Source: Clostridia bacterium
GTDB lineage: Bacteria; Bacillota; Clostridia; Christensenellales; QALW01
NCBI GenBank assembly: GCA_017516345.1
Contig: JAFXDC010000056.1
Location: 13,813-77,812, forward strand
Length of the DNA stretch: 64,000 nucleotides
Reading direction: 5' to 3'
Under the pieces are notes generated by a model, which was not told where the DNA came from, did no database searches, and saw only the letters and a program-made list of their open reading frames with translations. Every line of letters starts with the position of its first letter. Position 1 is the stretch's first letter. Positions 56,079-64,000 of the stretch are shown here, piece after piece. Both the position numbers and the translations under genes were made by a program.

Positions 56079-57482
56079 TCAGCTATGCTTCAGCCTGTCC
56101 CAATACTCATCAAAGGTCTTCATGCTTATATCCTTAAGGGCGTATCCGTCAGCGTTTACCGCCTCCTCCACCCTGCAAAAGCGCTCAACGAATTTATCGG
56201 TGGCTTTATTAAGCGCCATTTCGGGCTGAATACCGCATTTTCTTGCAAGATTGACGGCGGAGAACAAAAGATCCCCCATCTCCTCGCGCGCCTTGTCAGC
56301 ATCGTTCATTACAAGAACAAATTCCTCTATCTCTTCTCTCAGCTTTATAAGGGCTTGCTCGGCATCCTCAAAGTCAAAGCCGGCATGGCGAGCCTTGTCC
56401 CCCACCTTTTCCGCCCTCATGAGCGCGGGCAGAGAAACAGGCACGCTTTTAAGCACCTCGGAGTCGGTCTGATGCCGTTGCTCCTTTTTTATTTTTTCCC
56501 AATTGTCCAGCACCTCATCGGCGCTGTCCGCCTTGGCGCTGCCGAAAATATGCGGATGACGCTCTATCATCTTTTTGCATACCGCATTAACGGTATCATC
56601 ATAGGTAAAATCCGCATGCTCGCTTGCGATCCGTGCATGGAATACCACCTGCAAAAGCACGTCGCCAAGCTCGTCGGCAAGGCTGTAGGGATCCTCTTTC
56701 TCCACGGCATCGGCAACCTCGTACGCCTCCTCGATAAGATACCTCGTAAGGCTCTTGTGGGTCTGCTCCTTATCCCACGGACACCCATCCGCGCCGCGCA
56801 GGATGCGCATTATGTGCACAAGATCCTCGGTAGTATAGCTTACAAGCCTGTCAAACTCCACCCCCGGCACCACCAATGCAGTGGTGTGATAAAAGCCCTC
56901 CAAGCGGTCCATACGGTAAAGCTCTATGCGCTCAAGTCCCTTATGACTGTAGATGAAGGCCTCCTGCTCGCCGTCGTATCTGTCAAGCAAGCGACATTTT
57001 ATCCTGCCCGCAATAAGCGCAGAATCCATTCCCGTGATGACCAACGTCTCCTTTGCATCAAACGAGGCATCGCAGGCCTCGGTGGCGGTAAGCACCCGCT
57101 TTGTACCCACTATCCCGCACTCGGCGCACGCCCTGTCGGCAAGTGATACCCCCGGCATCAGCCTGAAGGGTATATTCTTCCGATCACACCTCTGGCGCAA
57201 TGCACCTACTGCGGTATCGTCAAGTCCGCTTCCGAACACACCGTAGCAGACCTCACCCTCAAGAGAGCACAGATGCTCCGCTATGGCCTCGGAGAGCCCG
57301 TCGAAATCCTCACATTCCTCATAAAACGAATCGCATGTAAAGGTCTCGCGAAGCTCATTTATTCGGGTAAATATATCAAGCTTATCGGTCTGAAGCACCA
57401 AATTATCGCAATCAAGCATGGTCTGCCACGCCCTTTGCGATATGTCCTCCGCCTCAATTCCGCATCCGATCACCGTTATCAT
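56079..57482 (-). CDS. YabN-type fusion: tetrapyrrole-methylase-like domain + MazG nucleoside-triphosphate pyrophosphohydrolase
   Basis: 467 aa. The N-terminus is MITVIGCGIE (TP_methylase-like). There are tandem MazG repeats with EEAYEVADAV and EEMGDLLF motifs. Confidence 0.8.
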   Translation of the reverse strand: MITVIGCGIEAEDISQRAWQTMLDCDNLVLQTDKLDIFTRINELRETFTCDSFYEECEDFDGLSEAIAEHLCSLEGEVCYGVFGSGLDDTAVGALRQRCDRKNIPFRLMPGVSLADRACAECGIVGTKRVLTATEACDASFDAKETLVITGMDSALIAGRIKCRLLDRYDGEQEAFIYSHKGLERIELYRMDRLEGFYHTTALVVPGVEFDRLVSYTTEDLVHIMRILRGADGCPWDKEQTHKSLTRYLIEEAYEVADAVEKEDPYSLADELGDVLLQVVFHARIASEHADFTYDDTVNAVCKKMIERHPHIFGSAKADSADEVLDNWEKIKKEQRHQTDSEVLKSVPVSLPALMRAEKVGDKARHAGFDFEDAEQALIKLREEIEEFVLVMNDADKAREEMGDLLFSAVNLARKCGIQPEMALNKATDKFVERFCRVEEAVNADGYALKDISMKTFDEYWDRLKHS

Positions 57483-57499
57483 ATTCCATCCTCCAAGTA

Positions 57500-58231
57500 T
57501 TATTTCTTCTCATTTACCGTGCTTCCGCCAAGAACCTGAACGCATCTTGACACCGCAGTGCGGCTATCTCCCCACTCAAGGTCCTTACTGCGATAGTCAA
57601 ACATCTTGGTAAAATGCTCCACCGACTCCTCAAGGGCGTGCATCTGCTCCTGCTCAAGTCCCACAAGCTTCTGTGTAAACGCCTCAAGCTGCTTTGAGGA
57701 GCACACCTTACGGGAATGCACCAAAAGCTGATAAAAATGCCTCCGGCAAAAGCCGTTGCAGTCGTTAAAGAGCTCACGGAAGCGGGATTCATCAAAATAA
57801 AGACTGATAAGGGTCTGGATATATCTGTCCATGTTTTCCTGCGTGCTTTTGCATATGAGACACTCATCATTATTTTTATTGAGCACCTCACCCAGCTTTT
57901 TAAGGCTCTCCTCGGCGCTTTTAGACCTACCGCAGCATTTTTTTGCATAATCACGCGCAGCCTTTTCCACCCTCTTGTTTTGCTCACAAAGATAAGTATG
58001 CAGCTGCAACGCAAGGGGAAGCTTGTTTCCCGCACTTGCAAGCATGTCAAGATGTCTGCCGCAGAAGCCGTGCTTGTTTACCTCCACCCTTATCTCGGGA
58101 AGCATCGCAGCATTGCCAAGGTAGTAATCCACGTAATCCGCCTCAAGCTTATTCTCAAGCGAGCAAAGCGGACAGGTGCACTTTTTTTCAAATACCTCAT
58201 AAACAGAAATGGTCTCGATCTTATACGCCAT
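57500..58231 (-). CDS. Cys-rich DUF6062-like protein with an internal duplication
   Basis: ATG 58231 follows AAGGGGA (the track ORF is extended to 58291). Two modules are present: CPLC...HGFCGRH and CLIC...NGFCRRH. Confidence 0.6.
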   Translation of the reverse strand: MAYKIETISVYEVFEKKCTCPLCSLENKLEADYVDYYLGNAAMLPEIRVEVNKHGFCGRHLDMLASAGNKLPLALQLHTYLCEQNKRVEKAARDYAKKCCGRSKSAEESLKKLGEVLNKNNDECLICKSTQENMDRYIQTLISLYFDESRFRELFNDCNGFCRRHFYQLLVHSRKVCSSKQLEAFTQKLVGLEQEQMHALEESVEHFTKMFDYRSKDLEWGDSRTAVSRCVQVLGGSTVNEKK

Positions 58232-58379
58232 AATTATCCCCTTCACCATTATTCTCTGTCCCGACCCGACATAATTATCCTGCCGACTCATTACTAAAGG
58301 CTATTATAACACATATTTTCACAAATAGAAACATACAATTTAACACTAAGGATAAATTTACAAAAAAGGACGGATAATT

Positions 58380-59201
58380 ATGGCAAAATACTTTTCGGGA
58401 AAATACGTTGGCTCAAGATCGCGCTCGGTTATATTATGCGTGATACTGCTGATCCTTGCGGCACTGCTTTTATTTATTGGTGCAAGCGGTAAGGTGATAG
58501 CGGAAAATTTGCTCCTTCCCATATTCGGAGAGATCGAGCCTATATTCACCCCTCTGCCTGAGGGGTATACCTCCTGCCGCATTACCCTGCCGCGGCTTGA
58601 CGTCTATACCTTGGTGCTCTACAGCTCGGACTCCTCACGGGATGCCTCCCTTGCCGCGGAGCGGATACGCCAAAGGGGCGGTGCGGGCTACGTTTTCAAG
58701 GAGGGCAATTATATGGTGATAGCCTCGGGCTACCAAAGCCTTGCGGATGCGCGGGCGGTGGCAAACAAGCAGGGCGAGGAATATCTCCCCGAGGTATTTC
58801 TGCTCTCAAGCGGGAGCGTCAGCTTCGAGGTAAAATGCATGGAAAAGGACGCTCTTTCCATGAAGGATGCCTGCGAGACTTATTCCGGGGAGCTTATGAG
58901 CATCATCAAGGAGAGCATGGAGCTTGAAAGAGGAAATATCGGACAAAGCGAGGTAAAAATGCGTTATCTCAATAGGGCGGCCGATGCAAAAAGAATGGTG
59001 GAAAGGCTTGAAGATGTGCCCTCGGGCAAGGATGATGAGCTGATCACCCGTCTTTTGACCCTATATCGCAACGCGGAAACCAGATTTCGAGAAATTTATT
59101 CAAAAAATTATGAATATAGTATAGATTTTTTTGCAGATATACGCTATAATTATATAGAGATGACGGTAGAGTATCAAAACGCCGTCCAAAACCTTACTTA
59201 A
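58380..59201 (+). CDS. Membrane-anchored SPOR-domain protein
   Basis: 273 aa. An N-terminal TM helix is followed by a SPOR-like segment, YTLVLYSSDSSRDASLAAERIRQRGGAGYVFKEGNYMVIASGYQSLADARAV. Confidence 0.6.
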   Translation: MAKYFSGKYVGSRSRSVILCVILLILAALLLFIGASGKVIAENLLLPIFGEIEPIFTPLPEGYTSCRITLPRLDVYTLVLYSSDSSRDASLAAERIRQRGGAGYVFKEGNYMVIASGYQSLADARAVANKQGEEYLPEVFLLSSGSVSFEVKCMEKDALSMKDACETYSGELMSIIKESMELERGNIGQSEVKMRYLNRAADAKRMVERLEDVPSGKDDELITRLLTLYRNAETRFREIYSKNYEYSIDFFADIRYNYIEMTVEYQNAVQNLT

Positions 59202-59214
59202 AAGGAGAAAAACA

Positions 59215-59562
59215 GTGAAAATACGACAGATTCAGGAAATTCTTGATGCCACCTGCCTTTGCGGTGATAATTTTGACGGGGACTGCTTTGCGGGCTGCGG
59301 CTGTGACCTTATGAGCGACGTTCTCGCCTTTCCCAAGGAGCATATGTGCCTGCTTACAGGCCTTACCAATCCTCAGGTCATCCGCACAAGCGAAATGCTT
59401 GACGTTATGTGCGTGGTATTCGTTCGCGGCAAGCGTCCCCCGGAGGAAACGCTGGAGCTTGCTCAGGAGCTCGGCATAACGGTATTCAGCACCAAGTACA
59501 CCCTCTACGAGGCCTGCGGCAAGCTTTACGCTCACGGTCTGCCCAGCAAAAACGAGGTGTGA
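59215..59562 (+). CDS. DRTGG-domain protein (Cys-rich N-terminus)
   Basis: 115 aa with a GTG start after AAGGAG. It contains CLCGDNFDGDCFAGCGCDLMSD, then a DRTGG-like fold segment, LLTGLTNPQVIRTSEMLDV...VFVRG. Confidence 0.6.
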   Translation: MKIRQIQEILDATCLCGDNFDGDCFAGCGCDLMSDVLAFPKEHMCLLTGLTNPQVIRTSEMLDVMCVVFVRGKRPPEETLELAQELGITVFSTKYTLYEACGKLYAHGLPSKNEV

Positions 59563-59563
59563 T

Positions 59564-59989
59564 ATGAGCGAGCTTCTCTATAAGGAAATATATCCCGTAG
59601 ATAAGGACGATTTCGTTCGTGCGGGGGAAGCCAGCGCCAAAATAAAGCGCACTCTCAAGCAGCTTGGGGTGGATGCGGACAAGATCCGCCGCACCTCCGT
59701 GGTTTCCTACGAGTGCGAAATAAACCTTATCATACACTCCCTTGGCGGACAGATGTGCCTTGAGGTAACGGATGAGGAGATCATAGTATCCTCCTCGGAC
59801 AAGGGTCCCGGAATAAAGGATATCAGCCTCGCCATGAAGGAGGGCTGGAGCACAGCGAGCGACTCGGTGCGCGAAATGGGCTTCGGCGCAGGCATGGGCC
59901 TTCCCAACATGAAGCGCCATTGCGACGAGTTCATCCTCAACTCTGCCCCCGGAGCGGGCACCGAAATAGTAATGAAGATCAAAATCTGA
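59564..59989 (+). CDS. RsbW/SpoIIAB-like HATPase_c serine kinase (anti-sigma-regulatory-factor type)
   Basis: 141 aa. N-box ECEINLIIH, G1 DKGPGI, G2 GFGAGMGL. Confidence 0.7.
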   Translation: MSELLYKEIYPVDKDDFVRAGEASAKIKRTLKQLGVDADKIRRTSVVSYECEINLIIHSLGGQMCLEVTDEEIIVSSSDKGPGIKDISLAMKEGWSTASDSVREMGFGAGMGLPNMKRHCDEFILNSAPGAGTEIVMKIKI

Positions 59990-60067
59990 TATTCATCTCC
60001 GCGGCAGTCTGCCATATTTGATGATTCATACAACGCCGCTTTAAAAACTCCGAAAGGAATAACAGTA

Positions 60068-61363
60068 ATGCCACAGTATTATCATTCGGTTACCTTGGAT
60101 AAGGACAAGTGCACCGGCTGTACAAGCTGTCTGAAGCGTTGCCCCACCGAAGCCATAAGGATTCGAGACGGTAAGGCACGCATAATAAGAGAGCGCTGTA
60201 TAGACTGCGGCGAGTGCATCAGGGTATGTCCCCATCACGCCAAGGTCGCCATAACCGATTCCCTTAGCGATATAAAAAAATTTCGCTACAGCGTAGCTCT
60301 GCCAGCCCCCACCCTTTACGGACAGTTTCAGGGGCTTAGTGATATCGGTCAAGTCATAAAGGCACTTTGCGATATCGGCTTTGACGGAGTTTACGAGACC
60401 AGCGCAGGTGCAGACGTTTTGTCAAAATACATACGGGAGCTGGTGCATAAGCCAAATAATCCACGCCCCCTGATCTCCAGCGCATGTCCTGCGATAATGC
60501 GTCTTATTCAGGTGCGCTTCCCCTCATTAAGGGAAAATATCGTCCCCTTCAGACCCCCCGTCGAGGTGGCGGCCTCCCTTGCGCGGGAAAGCTTCAGCAA
60601 AAAATGGGGATGCGCCAAGGAGGATATCGGTATATTCTTCATCACCCCATGCCCCGCTAAGATGACTGCGCGCATGGCACCCCTTGGCAGTAAGAGCTCC
60701 AATGTGGACGGCGCCATCTCCATAATGGAGCTTTACGGCTCCCTTGCAAGCAAGATCGGGGACAACCTCAAGCACGGCTGCGAGATACCGAGCCGCTTGG
60801 GACTTGCGGGCGGCGTAGGCTGGGCGGCAAGCGGCGGCGAGGCCACTCAGGCAGGTATTGAAAATTACCTCGCGGTGGACGGCATACATAATGTCATCAA
60901 GGCTCTTGAGGAGATAGAGGACGGCAGACTCAGCGATATCGACTTCTTTGAGGGACTGGCATGCACGGGTGGATGCGTTGGCGGCCCGTTGGTATTTGAA
61001 TACAGCTACATCACCAAAATGCGCCTTAAAAAGCTCTGCGAGGCAATGCGCAAGCAGGACAGACAGGATTACAGGTCAAGCGTCATTTTGGAGGACGAGC
61101 AGATGATATATCTGGACAGCGAGATACCTCCAAACCCGGTCTTAAAGCTTGATCCCGACTTCAGGGTGGCCATCAAGATGATGGAGCGCATCGACGCCAT
61201 CGAGGCAGATCTGCCCGGTCTTGACTGCGGATCCTGCGGAAGCCCCACCTGCCGTTGTCAGGCAGAGGACATTGTAAGGGGTTATTCCACGGAAATCGAC
61301 TGTATTTATAAATTAAAAGAGAAATTTCGCAATCTTTCGCTTAACGAATCGGAAAATAAGTGA
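60068..61363 (+). CDS. [FeFe]-hydrogenase-like Fe-S protein (HydS-like putative sensor, no PAS domain)
   Basis: 431 aa. It has 2x CxxCxxCxxxCP motifs. Its H-cluster-domain motif variants are SSACP, ITPCPAKM and EGLACTGGCVGGP. The C-terminal domain LPGLDCGSCGSPTCRC is a putative Fe-S domain. Confidence 0.7.
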   Translation: MPQYYHSVTLDKDKCTGCTSCLKRCPTEAIRIRDGKARIIRERCIDCGECIRVCPHHAKVAITDSLSDIKKFRYSVALPAPTLYGQFQGLSDIGQVIKALCDIGFDGVYETSAGADVLSKYIRELVHKPNNPRPLISSACPAIMRLIQVRFPSLRENIVPFRPPVEVAASLARESFSKKWGCAKEDIGIFFITPCPAKMTARMAPLGSKSSNVDGAISIMELYGSLASKIGDNLKHGCEIPSRLGLAGGVGWAASGGEATQAGIENYLAVDGIHNVIKALEEIEDGRLSDIDFFEGLACTGGCVGGPLVFEYSYITKMRLKKLCEAMRKQDRQDYRSSVILEDEQMIYLDSEIPPNPVLKLDPDFRVAIKMMERIDAIEADLPGLDCGSCGSPTCRCQAEDIVRGYSTEIDCIYKLKEKFRNLSLNESENK

Positions 61364-61432
61364 TATAATAAGTTAAATTATTTTAAAAAATAAAACCAAA
61401 GAGGTTAGTAATAACCGAAAGGAGCTTTTACC

Positions 61433-61765
61433 ATGACGGTTAAAGAACTTAAAGAATTAATTAATGCCACAGATCTCAGTGCACCCTCCTCCGACAGAGA
61501 GATATCCTCGGGTATGGTGTGCGACCTTTTGTCCTGGGTAATGGCAGGCGGAAGCGCAGGCATGGCTTGGGTGACCGTACAGACCCATCTTAACGTGGTT
61601 GCCGTTGCCGCACTTCACGACATCGCCTGCGTTATTCTTCCCGAGGGCATCAAAATGGAGGGCGCTCCCCTTGAAAAGGCCATCGCCGAGGGCATCGTGG
61701 TTCTTTCAAGCCCCCTTACCGCATACAACATCTGCGGACTTATGTACAAAAACGGAGTGCAATAA
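61433..61765 (+). CDS. DRTGG-domain protein
   Basis: 110 aa, MTVKELKELINATDLS...WVTVQTHLNVVAVAALHDIACVILPEG. It is a paralogue-like partner of the gene at 59215..59562. Confidence 0.55.
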   Translation: MTVKELKELINATDLSAPSSDREISSGMVCDLLSWVMAGGSAGMAWVTVQTHLNVVAVAALHDIACVILPEGIKMEGAPLEKAIAEGIVVLSSPLTAYNICGLMYKNGVQ

Positions 61766-61777
61766 ACGGAGTACAAA

Positions 61778-62488
61778 ATGAAGCTTTATGCCGACCTGCA
61801 TATACATTCCTGCCTCTCTCCCTGTGGGGACGAGCTTATGACGCCTAACAATATCGTTAATATGGCGTTGTTAAAGGGCCTGGATATAATAGCGGTTTCA
61901 GACCATAACACCTGCGGCAATCTGTCGGCGGTGTGTTCGGTTGCGGCACAAAACGGCTTAACGGTCATACCTGCAATGGAAATGGAAACAATGGAAGAGG
62001 TGCATACTCTTGCGTATTTTGCTACGCTCGAGGATGCACTTTCCTTTTCCGACGAGATATATACCTACCTCCCCTCTGTTGCGAATAACCCCGATTTCTT
62101 CGGCAGACAGCTTTATATGAACGATGATGACGAAATAGTAGCCCAGGAGCCTAAGCTTCTGTTAAGCGCCCTCAGCATCACGGTGGAGGAGGGCTTCGAG
62201 ATGGTCAAAAAGCACAACGGCATCGCCGTACCTGCACATATCGATCGCCCAAGCCACGGTATGATCCCCATTCTCGGCTTCATCAACCCCCATCTTGGGG
62301 TGACCTGCGTTGAGGTCTCCCCCATCGGTATCGCGCAGGGCTTTGCTCAGTACGACCCAAGGCTTCTTACCATCACCAACTCCGACGCCCACGACCTGGG
62401 CAGTATTCTGGAGCCAATACATCAGATAGAGCTTGAGCAAAATACCCCCGAGGCATTTCTCGAAATGCTTCGCCGCGGCAAGGCATAG
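61778..62488 (+). CDS. PHP-domain phosphoesterase
   Basis: 236 aa, with MKLYADLHIHSCLSPCGD...IIAVSDHNT...AHIDRP...NSDAH. Confidence 0.75.
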   Translation: MKLYADLHIHSCLSPCGDELMTPNNIVNMALLKGLDIIAVSDHNTCGNLSAVCSVAAQNGLTVIPAMEMETMEEVHTLAYFATLEDALSFSDEIYTYLPSVANNPDFFGRQLYMNDDDEIVAQEPKLLLSALSITVEEGFEMVKKHNGIAVPAHIDRPSHGMIPILGFINPHLGVTCVEVSPIGIAQGFAQYDPRLLTITNSDAHDLGSILEPIHQIELEQNTPEAFLEMLRRGKA

Positions 62489-62520
62489 CTGAAGATTATT
62501 AAATTTTTAGGAGAACTGAT

Positions 62521-63249
62521 ATGCAATATACACAAAGCGAATGGTTCGGCTTTAAAAAGCTTGAATTTACCTTTAACGGCAGATACGCCGTGCTGGTCTG
62601 TCCCGAAAAGCCCGATGCTTCAAGGCGTTGGCTTTTAAAAACCGAGTATTTCGGTGCCTTCCCCAATTTCGAGGTGGAGATGCTGAATCGCGGCTACCAC
62701 GTAGCACATGTAAGCAGTATCACACGTTGGCACTTAAACGAGGATACCGAGACCCGCGCAGAGTTCTGCCGCTTTCTGCACAACGAGTGGGGGCTTAACG
62801 AAAAATGCGTCCCCGTCGGCATGAGCTGTGGCGGAATGCAGGGAGTTTATCTTGCTTCAAGCCATCCCGAGTGCGTAAGCGTGCTGTATCTTGACGCCCC
62901 CGTTATGAACCTTCTAAGCTGCCCCTTCGCCGTGGGCAGAAGCGATGCCCCCATGAGCGAGGAGTTTGTCAATGCCAAAAATATGACCCTCTCCGAGCTT
63001 CTCAGCTTCCGCGACCACCCCATCGACCGCTTCCCAGCTTTACTTGAGCATAAGATCCCCGTCGCCCTTGTTTGCGGCGACGCCGACACCACCGTTCCCT
63101 ACAAGGAAAACGGCGAGCTGCTCTCCAAGCTCTACCGCCAAAAGGGTCTCCCCCTTTACGAGGTGCTAAAGCCCGGCTGCGACCACCACCCCCACGGTCT
63201 TGAGGACAATACCGAGCTTATAAAATTCATCGAAGCCTACTACAAATAA
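62521..63249 (+). CDS. Alpha/beta hydrolase (esterase/dienelactone-hydrolase-like)
   Basis: 242 aa. The nucleophile elbow is GMSCGG. It has late Asp and His residues (CGDADTTVP, CDHHPHG). Confidence 0.65.
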   Translation: MQYTQSEWFGFKKLEFTFNGRYAVLVCPEKPDASRRWLLKTEYFGAFPNFEVEMLNRGYHVAHVSSITRWHLNEDTETRAEFCRFLHNEWGLNEKCVPVGMSCGGMQGVYLASSHPECVSVLYLDAPVMNLLSCPFAVGRSDAPMSEEFVNAKNMTLSELLSFRDHPIDRFPALLEHKIPVALVCGDADTTVPYKENGELLSKLYRQKGLPLYEVLKPGCDHHPHGLEDNTELIKFIEAYYK

Positions 63250-63285
63250 AAAACCGCCGCCGAGCATATACTCGGCGGCTTAAAT
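63248..63285. terminator. Hairpin terminator between convergent genes
   Basis: AAAAAACCGCCGCCGAG-catata-CTCGGCGGCTTAAATT. Confidence 0.6.
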
Positions 63286-63444
63286 TATTTAACGCTGATT
63301 TCTTCAATTGTCAGTTTGCTCATTACAAAAAGTCTTCCTCAGTATAGTCGCTAGATGCTTTATAGTTTTTATCAACGTGAGCCCTCATATAATCTCCAAT
63401 TCAAAATTAATTTATTTTCACAGTTTGCCATAAGCTCAATCATC

Positions 63445-64000
63445 CTAACACAAGGAGTCTGGTAATCTTGGGTTATTATAGACCACTTCCCTAACAATGA
63501 ACTCGTCATTGTATTGCTCCGTTATATCTTTTCTGCATTGAACGGTCATAAAATTACCGTATTGATAATGGATAAAATAGTAGGTCACTACCGCTTCACC
63601 TTGTATGATCTCCTTCTTTACTGCATATTGATTTCCGTCTTGTAACTCTTTTAATTCTGCTCCGTTTTGTATGGACGACTCCCATTTACGATCATTGTTT
63701 TGTTTATCCCTATCCACGATAATGCTCCAATATGGATATCTCATAAACACCTGTACTTGACTGTCGTTTATTACTATTTTTTCTATGCTGTACGCACTTT
63801 CATAATAATCCAGATCGTCTAATACATAGTAATAAATATCGGGGGGCGGCACTTCATCCGTCCAATTATCAACCGAAGCCGCATCCCTATACTCTTGCCA
63901 CGATTCATAAGCTTTATCTTCTCTTATTTCCGTGTAATTATTACACCCCGACAGCAAAGCAACCACCAATAACATTGTTACACATATAAACAGTTTTGTT
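63445..64000 (-). CDS. Hypothetical lipoprotein, low GC, N-terminus outside window
   Basis: The frame is open to the window edge. It reads ...KLFICVTMLLVVALLSGC (lipobox), followed by an Asp/Tyr/Glu-rich domain with no family I recognise. Confidence 0.55.
   Translation of the reverse strand, partial: TKLFICVTMLLVVALLSGCNNYTEIREDKAYESWQEYRDAASVDNWTDEVPPPDIYYYVLDDLDYYESAYSIEKIVINDSQVQVFMRYPYWSIIVDRDKQNNDRKWESSIQNGAELKELQDGNQYAVKKEIIQGEAVVTYYFIHYQYGNFMTVQCRKDITEQYNDEFIVREVVYNNPRLPDSLC

Noticed and set aside
56061-57146. 361-aa plus-strand ORF
   Set aside because: It is antisense to the yabN/mazG-type gene, whose MazG motifs are clear.
63285-63388. Two translationally coupled tiny ORFs on the minus strand (21 aa MRAHVDKNYKASSDYTEEDFL with a GGAG RBS, then 12 aa MSKLTIEEISVK via TAATG overlap) just before the terminator
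   Set aside because: They are too short to evaluate without conservation data, and they lie in a low-GC region where such ORFs arise by chance. They could be remnants of a decayed gene. They are noted but not called.
1-64000. Search for CRISPR arrays, tRNA/rRNA genes, transposases, integrases, reverse transcriptases, toxin-antitoxin pairs or known defence systems
   Set aside because: I saw no regularly spaced direct repeats with unique spacers, no tRNA-like cloverleaf candidates in the intergenic regions inspected, and no ORF with recombinase, RT or nuclease-NTPase defence signatures. The only mobile-looking feature is the transposase-less inverted-repeat pair at 28.9-30.2 kb.

Overview
The window looks like a Clostridia-type chromosome segment of mixed, roughly 50% GC. 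Gene content and GC-rich palindromic repeat elements suggest an Oscillospiraceae/Ruminococcaceae-like organism, but that is inference only.

Gene content by region:
- 0-10 kb: an ABC substrate-binding lipoprotein and a TM1266-family ACT-like regulator behind a terminator-containing leader. These are followed by an S41 peptidase, a PucR/CdaR regulator, a PT-rich DUF4846-like lipoprotein and a heterodimeric ABC exporter pair.
- 10.2-25.8 kb, minus strand: a complete S10-spc-alpha ribosomal superoperon, rpsJ to rplQ, including secY, adk, map, a KOW protein, infA, rpmJ and rpoA. rpmD and rpmJ are missing from the ORF track and were recovered by hand.
- 26-37 kb: an accessory carbohydrate region. 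It holds a GH127-like hydrolase with a divergent AraC regulator, a 1007-aa glycoside hydrolase, a surface protein and a lipoprotein hydrolase. It is interrupted by a low-GC DUF5694-like gene flanked by inverted repeat copies.
- 37.5-48 kb: a nucleotidyltransferase fused to a degenerate phosphomannomutase-like domain, hslV-hslU-codY, a membrane/acyltransferase fusion, a beta-CASP MBL nuclease and pgi.
- 48-56 kb: carA, and a single 1354-aa ORF in which full-length CarB runs without a stop into an intact DapF. A type III glutamine synthetase is transcribed divergently.
- 56-64 kb: yabN/mazG, a Cys-rich DUF6062-like protein and a SPOR protein, then a five-gene module (DRTGG, RsbW-like kinase, HydS-like [FeFe]-hydrogenase-like Fe-S protein, DRTGG, PHP). 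No catalytic hydrogenase lies next to this module. An esterase and a partial low-GC lipoprotein close the window.

I found no rRNA, tRNA, CRISPR array, transposase or recognisable defence system.

The items most worth a second look are:
- the orphan HydS-like sensor module;
- the CarB-DapF fusion;
- the repeat-flanked low-GC cargo gene;
- a perfect CodY box and an apparent autoregulatory CodY box;
- an unclassified terminator-containing leader upstream of the TM1266-like/ABC operon.

All calls come from reading the sequence and from family knowledge recalled from memory. No searches were run.
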